The notes beneath the pieces are model-generated. The model saw only the letters and a program-made list of their open reading frames with translations. It was not told the origin of the DNA and ran no database searches. Of a stretch of DNA of 28,903 bases, positions 16,301 to 21,002 are shown in pieces. The stretch is from the NCBI GenBank assembly GCA_964444435.1, contig CAYUHH010000001.1, positions 1 through 28,903 of the forward strand, written 5' to 3'. The translations under genes and the position numbers were made by a program. The stretch's first letter is position 1. Each line of letters opens with the position of its first letter. The stretch is from an uncultured Pseudomonadota bacterium. GTDB taxonomy: Bacteria > Babelota > Babeliae > Babelales > UBA12409.

Positions 16301-16596
16301 CAGGCGATACAACAGCAATAATGTCAGACATTTCTTCAAGTATGACAAGCGTTGAAGGTATAGGTAATTTAGCTACGGGCGCTGTTGCAGATGTTTCAAA
16401 AGCGCTAGATGATGCAAAGGATGCTGTGAAGGCTGCAACACAAGCCGCGAAGTTGGCAACTGAGGTGGCAGGCAAGGCGTTAGATGCGGCAAAACAAGCT
16501 GTGGCAAAAGCTGCCAAGGCGGCCAAAGAAGCGGCTGACAAGGCTTTTAATGCTGCAAAGAAAGCGGCAGAAAAATTGAATCCAAGTCATTGGTAA
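7309..16596 (+). CDS. Giant (~3095 aa) exported repetitive beta-rich protein of unknown function
   Basis: Single open frame. ATG 7309 follows AAGGGGA. Signal peptide MKIHLVAVFFFFTHCFA|QD; ~200-aa internal subrepeats; duplicated C-terminal module; Ala/Lys-rich helical tail. No recognised catalytic motif. Confidence 0.9.
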   Translation: MKIHLVAVFFFFTHCFAQDVKTQVEGLIKENHQLCISQILQTFNVNIDIPQYSDLAQTIFKNLCLTVDKNKIKVLPNGVEVTGQAQYNDQNISVSFRILKPNSSYVLEVMTTIPKLSLSAINSSLQIVDVTELQNVTILYSNASLKDDFNMIPVKQGLTVEAGLKSAGFLTQALGSGLNKIASQVRLRIFVPVGAKSMQDVQTRLVPADGKPIELCLKDLPGLSQMPQDNAYIKSLLSDTCLKAETFNFDVQEVDGKNKISVSLAGEAEVVGAKTKVELHFQDGNYIAAVKIKSLDDLLKNMPGLNDVGDQLKKLFTFEELLFVVSNTSGLMQLKTTEEKPEQTQTMEDEFADFDDEELLALFGEEFIEETEAGEEEQTGMQVEPGWSITGKVKASGIIADTLSKTNLKGAYISMHMSKKGSPDQKQTLKDIQIKLEPLMKTDEGLCLGSFLQGVLAKFGIDALVAPVKDILDFVCFGTDIGITFNADMKPELFIQGPLKKKPNMTSMVKIGPALEGSTSKFSVVFGLKGADLKVSDIISLKELDIFELENPLILMTTKDDASVFDVQNGAVDQNAPGVIHHLQKGLTVEAGLKSTGFLTQALGPGLNKLASQVRLRIFVPAGAKSMQDVKTKLVPVDGKPIELCLKDLPGLSQMPQDNAYIKSLLSDTCLKAETFNFDVQEVDGKNKISVSLAGEAEVVGAKTKVELHFQDGNYIAAVKIKSLDDLLKNMPGLNDVGDQLKKLFTFEELLFVVSNTSGLMQLKTTEEKPEQTQTMEDEFADFDDEELLALFGEEFIEETEAGEEEQTGMQVEPGWSITGKVKASGIIADTLSKTNLKGAYISMHMSKKGSPDQKQTLKDIQIKLEPLMKTDEGLCLGSFLQGVLAKFGIDALVAPVKDILDFVCFGTDIGITFNADMKPELFIQGPLKKKPNMISMVKIELAPEGFAPKFYITFGLKGGSLTLSDILPMDQLDIFELENPIVLMTTKDDGSVFDVEDGVLNESAPGAIHHLQKGLTVEAGIKSTGFLTQALGPGFNKLASQVRLRIFVPVGAKSMKDVQTKLIPVDGKPLEICLKDLPGVSQIPQDNAYIKSLLSDTCLKATAFDFDVQQVDGKKKISVSLAGEATVVGVQTQVELHFQDGKYIAAVKVKSIDDLLKNIPGLNIIGDQLKNFFTFEQLLFVIANTSGKIQLQINKDPKKPSLEKLKAEFGLLIPTAQKAPEAGMIVKPGITVGGKVESDGVIKTIFSAIKIVGAYVSITKPKVEEATTPQVNVNTQGIDASMNGYVVKIDPITADGTLDLGNILLGFFDNFGFGSFLSPFKNLLSTFSFGIGFDLGIDFRLGKPLFFINGPFKLNPSLLGMLKINLPLKGFSLDGVDFSFGLKGPSLKLIEFIPLDVLKGLKLDLFELQNLVAALTNDMGMSIFDIKDGILDINAVDALLNLPKGLMIEGELKTAGFLAQALGSLIDDVLSSVRFRIVVPFGATSLKDIKLSLNLLKKQKICLNKLPGLSGMSDVPLLKDVLNTCLEVNSLDLNPISNDKYELAVDGVAKVAGQDADVQLRLMVDLKTKKKTYIVGVKPLGKLSAEQIEPALSLVDKIAAIENPMLIYAEEDYEGQIFSFPRVNKGLNIITDFKAKGFIGDVFSNLGLKKIKAMMKITKNDKGKIRPAIILFLEGEDDGVPMLGALEKIIQGLDIGVAESLQSVIETINFGTAIGILFDDKDKPVLFFDGKLIKGTGIEAMVKFTKFDEKGSILSKHLGDIAGAAVVVDEQRNIGYKVTGAIRTGEIRLGDISKDLSFLDSQIKINDPIIAFTNSDGESAYDIDVRDMAIKVIKGQSIENLNMGITILGRIEFPPGSYLYMILSKFGLDTAGIRIEIPVLAKESKQVEFKFETDSGGKSKKFCLSDLKGMVPANIVPSIALLQKVLGGSDICLQKRNLGMQPVETGLDFIFNGYFIVDDKPQDMAIVFNVKQKESEGGSGPEVILTTKLSGDLDLGMFNDKLKGQVVLKQPRFIISSQETEADVLGIGEIQKGFSIRSQVHFGGYIGQALDMFQLNDMYATVRIPPDPADLDGYIIEVSQTFDKAQKPAGDDLQILGFDYIFKSGIPPTLALNLNTLFRIPGGSSKPVSLTFTTAVSGPEFTLAGTAKCNQGACPALSLAKFFPATISATKDVPLAALIHVIGGSVLGLGGSGVADLFGQQAQISFDVDPVHVKKSGLKGKVSKICATDFTKVYTFLGNVSSGFVDVFNKIPGFFCITDASFSVAQDKVTIAGVVIDPGIVLKGNFACDIKALPMTGKIDLSIIPPSFSNVITKLQQIGVHGVAKLDPVKWGDFMSITDVSGKGGPTLEIDATLKKQGVKLSGLVNIIHILNVVADVVFGLDGISLNVSQSIAGIQLDREVTIPFKNPAGGSVSCVLSQGLVKAVTGSLEKLVKEATDVLNKVAGGGQQALLGSCDTVLKTLKPFLNISCTDCLNNLGPLGFIQAVIDALNKYAKKILDSLDIRSAGFEVDFGSIMAKKMPSLIIKYVFGGGAEKKLTIGNFDVTKPQMVIDQLVMGIWKEFAPGQLVSLITGNVAEISKSMTDALKDQKLECTASSQFGGADIVLKVNFQPSDPQSAQATGIVSKLCLGNLITAANNLGVGIPSVKFPSIGCMKEAALTVSAGPFAAIQGTVGLLGANVQLTGSVSKDGVQLNGTLDKDVSLGLVKLSGLEGTGCSCGITLNKFLQQIELDGNVEIGDGKVINSVGHLAIRTDEIIIDSTASILGLKAKFKAKAPFSSPEDISATLTIQQDIAQNIKDAMVESLNEAKSQATAGLDKVNSVFSKIKSKCGPLGSVCDSAMGGAKKIVNSAKDAFNAVTSLVNTFAQLPLSIKSIVIKAKFIDIQRKGSATVIFNTGGSDQSMTVNVSLAGMKAFSQDVALAIINNSFKSPFANAKNLAAGFDNLEKKLLDILSNIGDLFKNLMGAAVKEIGKLADSASEAALNTAKDMTATMGNLSGDTTAIMSDISSSMTSVEGIGNLATGAVADVSKALDDAKDAVKAATQAAKLATEVAGKALDAAKQAVAKAAKAAKEAADKAFNAAKKAAEKLNPSHW
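7952..8824 (+). repeat. 873-bp direct repeat, copy 1 (identical to 9239..10111; period 1287 bp = 429 codons)
   Basis: Line-by-line comparison showed no mismatch between 7952-8824 and 9239-10111. The first mismatches are at 7951/9238 and 8825/10112. Confidence 0.95.
9239..10111 (+). repeat. 873-bp direct repeat, copy 2
   Basis: Identical to 7952..8824. A third, diverged in-phase copy follows a further 1287 bp downstream. Confidence 0.95.
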
Positions 16597-16609
16597 GGAA
16601 GGGGTACGG

Positions 16610-17623
16610 ATGAAACGGTTAGTGATGTTATTAATGATAAGCGAGGTAATGAGTGAGTTGCCTCCTATGCCTCAAATATCTTCAGGTGGATGTGGAAATA
16701 GTAAGGCAATACTTTTTGTGAGACAAATTCGTTATGTAAATGTCCTTAAAGATTATATTCAAAAAAAAGGTGCAGAAATTAAGGATGCAGCGTTTGTAAT
16801 CAAAATTGCACAAATTAAGATTAAGGGGTTACAAAGTATTATTGAATCAATGAAAATAGTGATTAATAGTTATGCTGCAAAAATTGAATCAACAAAAGAA
16901 GGTGTGAAAGAGTTACAAGGTCAGTATCCAGATGTTAATAAATTGTCGGGGGTAGCTTTTTGTGAAGCTCGTTATGCGTTGGCGATGATTCCTCCTTTAA
17001 AATTTGCCCTTAAAAATGGATATATGGATTTTGATAATTCTTTTGTATACACTAACGTGGCTATGCAAATGGGTAGTTGTTTGAAAGACACAACAGTTTC
17101 TCTTGATGAGATGGTGAGTAGTTCCATACAAACGGGAGTAATTACCGATAAGCAATTGGAGGCGATGATGGGTGCAAGTCGTGCAGACTTTCCAAGTAAG
17201 TATGGCGAGTCTTTTGATCAGTATGCAAAGAGTTTTAATCTGCCTTTCGATAAAGGTGGGGTGCAAGATAATTTGATTCAATTTACTCGTGCCATACGCG
17301 GTCTCAAACCTTTTCTTGATCAATTGTCAAAAACTATTGCGGGAATTAAGGTGCGCATTAAAAATGCATTGAACTTGATGCAGAAATATAGCACTTCAAT
17401 GGCTACAGAGTATCAAAATGTTTTGGACAATCAAAATCTTGTAAAAAATCACATTGCAACGATTCAAGCGCAAAAAAAGATTATTGAAGATTGTGCAACT
17501 GAGATAATAAATGCAAAAGATACGATACAAGATCTTGTTGTAAAAATAAACAATGCTCAATCAGATAATGGTATGTTTAAGGATTGTCCTAAATGGTTAC
17601 AAACAGCTCTTAAGGGAATCTAA
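16610..17623 (+). CDS. Hypothetical, probably exported, alpha-helical/coiled-coil protein (337 aa), partner of the giant gene
   Basis: Lies 13 bp after the giant stop with RBS GGAAGGGG. Short N-terminal hydrophobic segment; long heptad-like helices near both ends; 5 Cys. Confidence 0.8.
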   Translation: MKRLVMLLMISEVMSELPPMPQISSGGCGNSKAILFVRQIRYVNVLKDYIQKKGAEIKDAAFVIKIAQIKIKGLQSIIESMKIVINSYAAKIESTKEGVKELQGQYPDVNKLSGVAFCEARYALAMIPPLKFALKNGYMDFDNSFVYTNVAMQMGSCLKDTTVSLDEMVSSSIQTGVITDKQLEAMMGASRADFPSKYGESFDQYAKSFNLPFDKGGVQDNLIQFTRAIRGLKPFLDQLSKTIAGIKVRIKNALNLMQKYSTSMATEYQNVLDNQNLVKNHIATIQAQKKIIEDCATEIINAKDTIQDLVVKINNAQSDNGMFKDCPKWLQTALKGI

Positions 17624-17624
17624 G

Positions 17625-17653
17625 AAAAAGGCCAACAAAATGTTGGCCTTTTT
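17625..17653. terminator. Bidirectional rho-independent terminator
   Basis: Perfect inverted repeat AAAAAGGCCAACA-aaa-TGTTGGCCTTTTT between convergent genes, with a U-tract on both strands. Confidence 0.88.
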
Positions 17654-17676
17654 AATGCTAAAAAAGATAGTTTTTT

Positions 17677-18057
17677 TCAAGTTGCTTGTTGAGTTCCATC
17701 ATAGGTATATTTATTTGATCCTTTCTTTAATAATTCCTTTATCTTTGTGGTGTTGATATATATATTTGTGCCGAATCCTCCTCCCTTTGCAGAGCAGTGG
17801 GCAAAGAAAAAGCCGCTAGAAGAAGGAGGCGATTCTTTTGCAGGAGTGTTAATAGCGTTGTTCCATTTTGGACAACCGGGGCATGTGGATCCTCCCAAAA
17901 ATCTCCCTTGACTTAAACAGGCACATATAGAACTCATATAATCAGATGATGATGAGCCAATTATGCTTAATCCAGGAAAATTTTCATTAATGCAGGTAAG
18001 CATAGGGAGAAGGGGTAGATAGATGAAAATTGATAATAAAAATAAGGTTTTTTTCAT
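17677..18057 (-). CDS. Small secreted Cys-rich hypothetical protein (126 aa, 6 Cys)
   Basis: Signal peptide MKKTLFLLSIFIYLPLLP; CAC and CPGC motifs; RBS GAGG upstream. Confidence 0.75.
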   Translation of the reverse strand: MKKTLFLLSIFIYLPLLPMLTCINENFPGLSIIGSSSSDYMSSICACLSQGRFLGGSTCPGCPKWNNAINTPAKESPPSSSGFFFAHCSAKGGGFGTNIYINTTKIKELLKKGSNKYTYDGTQQAT

Positions 18058-18075
18058 TTTTTCCTCTCATTTTAT

Positions 18076-18648
18076 TTATTCAGGTGCTTTTGGTAATTCA
18101 GGTTTTTTTATATCTTTAAGTTGTTTAGTTAAATCACCCTTGTTATTTTGAAGTAATTCAGTTGAAGTTTTAATATTTTCTAAATATTGATTTGTTTCCG
18201 CAGTTTGGTCGGAAGCATTTTTATTGAGTGTAGGTTTCTGAAAGCCAAGGTCTTTAAGATATAATGATGAGAACGCTTTTTCTAATTTTTTTCTTTGATT
18301 TATGTAAGCTGTTTTAGTTGTATCTGAGAAACCTTTTGTTGCATCATCTATCGATTTATTCCATTCCCCTGTTTTCATTTGACCTAATCCAATTAAGGCG
18401 TCTCCGATGGTTGCGAGTTTATCGTTAATTGGGTTTGTTTGTGTATTGTAAGTTTCTAATTTTTTATTGTAAGTTTTTAAGGCGTCGGTATATTTTTGGT
18501 TAATTGATTCAATGATAGTGGATGCCGGTATTTTTTCTACGTTTGTTGAAGATCTATTTGTGAGTATTGTCAAATTTGTTTGATATTCTGTTTGGCTTTG
18601 TAATTGAATTGTTATTAGTAGGATGGAGATATATAAAAATTTTTTCAT
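18076..18648 (-). CDS. Secreted helical hypothetical protein (190 aa)
   Basis: Signal peptide MKKFLYISILLITIQLQS; Lys/Thr/Asn/Gln-rich helical body; 4-bp ATGA overlap with the upstream gene. Confidence 0.8.
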   Translation of the reverse strand: MKKFLYISILLITIQLQSQTEYQTNLTILTNRSSTNVEKIPASTIIESINQKYTDALKTYNKKLETYNTQTNPINDKLATIGDALIGLGQMKTGEWNKSIDDATKGFSDTTKTAYINQRKKLEKAFSSLYLKDLGFQKPTLNKNASDQTAETNQYLENIKTSTELLQNNKGDLTKQLKDIKKPELPKAPE

Positions 18649-19742
18649 TTTTCATCCTTTGGGCTAATTCTTTCTACAATGTTATTTACTTGTGTTTTTG
18701 TGTAAACTTCTCCACGAGGGTTGACTGATGTTACAGATGTAAGGCTTGGATGTGTTGGTTTCTTATCCTTTTCAATTGTGGCAAACCATAAACTATTAAA
18801 TGTTTTGTAGCAATTAAGGTCGACGATAGAATCCGTAAGATCGGTGTTTTCAAAGTTTGCGCCTAATACCGGTGCGCTGAATAATGTTTTTTTCATGATT
18901 GAATTTTTGAAAGATGTTGCGGAAAGATCGGTGTTTTCAAATATCGCTCCAGTTGCATTACTTGCAATTGTGCCTGTTCCATTTCCGATTACGACGCTTT
19001 CAAAGATAAGGTTTTTTGCCGAACCATTCGTTATTGTAAGATTTGTTATATGTGGAGAGGGAGGAGGAGGGTCTTCGTTTTTGGCATCATCTATGACGGT
19101 CATGGTAAAATTGCTGTTATCTATGATTGAGTCGGTTATAATAATGTTTTCAGCGTTTAGTTGTGTTAGGTCTGCATTGTTGAATATACATTTATCTATG
19201 GCCAATGTGCCATGTACGATTGAATTGCTTAGTTGTACCTTTTGGCCATCATTAATATTGCTAAATTTGTTTGTTATTTCGTTATAATTGTGAAAGTTGC
19301 AGCCCATGAAGGCTGTCGGTTTTTTATTATTCTCATTAAAAGAGCATCCATTAAATGAACAACCGTAAAAGGTACAGTTAGAAAAAATAGTATTTGCCAT
19401 TTTGGCGCCATCAAATTTTGTATTGGTAAAGGTGCAGTTGGTAAGTGCGGTGAGGCCGGTGCTTGTTGGTGAGCTGAAAATTGCGTTTGAAAAATCGGCA
19501 TTCATTAAGTTAAGTACACTAATCTTAGTTTCTTCAAGATGTGCATTTTGAAAATTAACAGTTTTTGAGGGGATAAAAAAAGAATTAAGCATGCATCCTT
19601 TTAAGTTTGCATCTTCAAGATTAGGAGTGGGTGAGCCTTTTTTTGTATTATTTATTGTTTGTATGCATTTAAAAATGCTTGGTTTTGAATAAGTAAAATG
19701 GTGAGTTAATAAAATAATAGATAATAAAAGTATTTTTTTCAT
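18645..19742 (-). CDS. Signal-peptide-bearing pentapeptide-repeat protein
   Basis: Runs such as NLMNA-DFSNA, ALTNC-TFTNT-KFDGA-KMANT-IFSNC-TFYGC-SFNGC and IFENT-DLSAT-SFKNS-IMKKT. Signal peptide MKKILLLSIILLTHHFTYS; RBS GGAGG. Confidence 0.85.
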   Translation of the reverse strand: MKKILLLSIILLTHHFTYSKPSIFKCIQTINNTKKGSPTPNLEDANLKGCMLNSFFIPSKTVNFQNAHLEETKISVLNLMNADFSNAIFSSPTSTGLTALTNCTFTNTKFDGAKMANTIFSNCTFYGCSFNGCSFNENNKKPTAFMGCNFHNYNEITNKFSNINDGQKVQLSNSIVHGTLAIDKCIFNNADLTQLNAENIIITDSIIDNSNFTMTVIDDAKNEDPPPPSPHITNLTITNGSAKNLIFESVVIGNGTGTIASNATGAIFENTDLSATSFKNSIMKKTLFSAPVLGANFENTDLTDSIVDLNCYKTFNSLWFATIEKDKKPTHPSLTSVTSVNPRGEVYTKTQVNNIVERISPKDEK

Positions 19743-19825
19743 AAAAAGAATCCTCCACTTTTTTCAATAATAACTGTTTTAAATATTGTTTTTCAAGAAA
19801 AGAGTGATACTTTTTATTTTTTGCC

Positions 19826-20929
19826 TTAAAGTTTGAATTTTTTCATTAAGGATCGCTTAATTTTCTTCCTGGTGGTTTCAAGTGTTTTCCAGGTAAGAAG
19901 GCCGCTTTTTGCATCTTCGAAACTGATGACGGAGCTTGCATTAATAATGCCGTTGATTAATGCATCTTCGATTTTGAGTCCTTTGAAGATACTTGCAGCA
20001 AAGCATGAGCCAAATGCGTCCCCTGCACCTACGGTATCAATAATTTCGGTTGGAATGCTTGGAAAAAAGTAAAGTGTTTTTTGGTGAGCGACATAGACCC
20101 CTTCTTCGCTATTGGTTACCACAATTATTGAGGGTCCTCGTGACATAATTTCATTGCAAAAATCTTTGAGGTTGAAGCATACATTTTCAATGTAGACGAG
20201 AGATTTTACCAGGTCGGGTAATTTTTCGAAACAAATTGTTGATTTGATATTTTTTTCGAGTTCTTTTGGTGAAAGTTGTTTGGCGAGGCTTTGAAGAAAT
20301 ATTTTTGCTTCTTGGCTGTTTAAAATAAAAATATCAATGTATTTAAGAGCCTTGGCTAATTCTTTGCAGCCAACGCAGAGCTGGCTTGCTCCTGGGTTTA
20401 CCGCCACGGGAACGTTATTTTTTTTTGCGTGTTTAGTAATTGGAACGAGAATTTGAGATGCGTCACCGCTTAGCGACGTAATGTAAAGATATGTTCCGCT
20501 TCGAATCTCTTTAAGGGGGATATTTTTTAGTGAGAGTTTTTTATTTGCGCCGCGATAGGCAAAAATGGTTCGGTCGCCTTCGAAGGAAGGGATAATATAC
20601 GACAATCCTGTTCCAACGTTTTTATCTTTAATGATATACGATGTGTTTATTTTTTCTTTTATTAGTTGGTCTTCGATATATTGGCCAGCCTTTCCGGCGC
20701 CTGTTTTTATAACTGGATGAACATCAAAGCCAAGTTTTTTGAAAGAAAAAGCCGAATTAGTTGCACCGCCACCGGTGCTATATGTGAGTTCTTCAACCTC
20801 TATTTTTGCTCCTTTTTCAAGGAGGAGATATGACTTTGTTTCTTTATTATTTTTTATTATTAATGATTCGGGGTCTTGATAATGAATGAAAATGTCCTGT
20901 GTTGCGCCACCAATCGTAAAGACTTTCAT
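19826..20929 (-). CDS. PfkB/ribokinase-family carbohydrate kinase
   Basis: Likely start MKVFTIGGATQD (ATG at 20929); TGGGATNSA substrate motif; DTVGAGDAFG anion-hole motif. Confidence 0.9.
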   Translation of the reverse strand: MKVFTIGGATQDIFIHYQDPESLIIKNNKETKSYLLLEKGAKIEVEELTYSTGGGATNSAFSFKKLGFDVHPVIKTGAGKAGQYIEDQLIKEKINTSYIIKDKNVGTGLSYIIPSFEGDRTIFAYRGANKKLSLKNIPLKEIRSGTYLYITSLSGDASQILVPITKHAKKNNVPVAVNPGASQLCVGCKELAKALKYIDIFILNSQEAKIFLQSLAKQLSPKELEKNIKSTICFEKLPDLVKSLVYIENVCFNLKDFCNEIMSRGPSIIVVTNSEEGVYVAHQKTLYFFPSIPTEIIDTVGAGDAFGSCFAASIFKGLKIEDALINGIINASSVISFEDAKSGLLTWKTLETTRKKIKRSLMKKFKL

Positions 20930-21002
20930 GATTTTTTCTCTTAAAAAGTTACGGGTCTTATATTTAAAGATATAAGACCCGTAATTGATTGGCAATTAAA
21001 TT

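Noticed and set aside
10959-16541. Antisense ORFs of 113-209 aa inside the giant gene (10959, 12147, 15318, 16059)
   Set aside because: Typical reverse-frame shadows with biased Ser/Pro/Ala/Phe composition.
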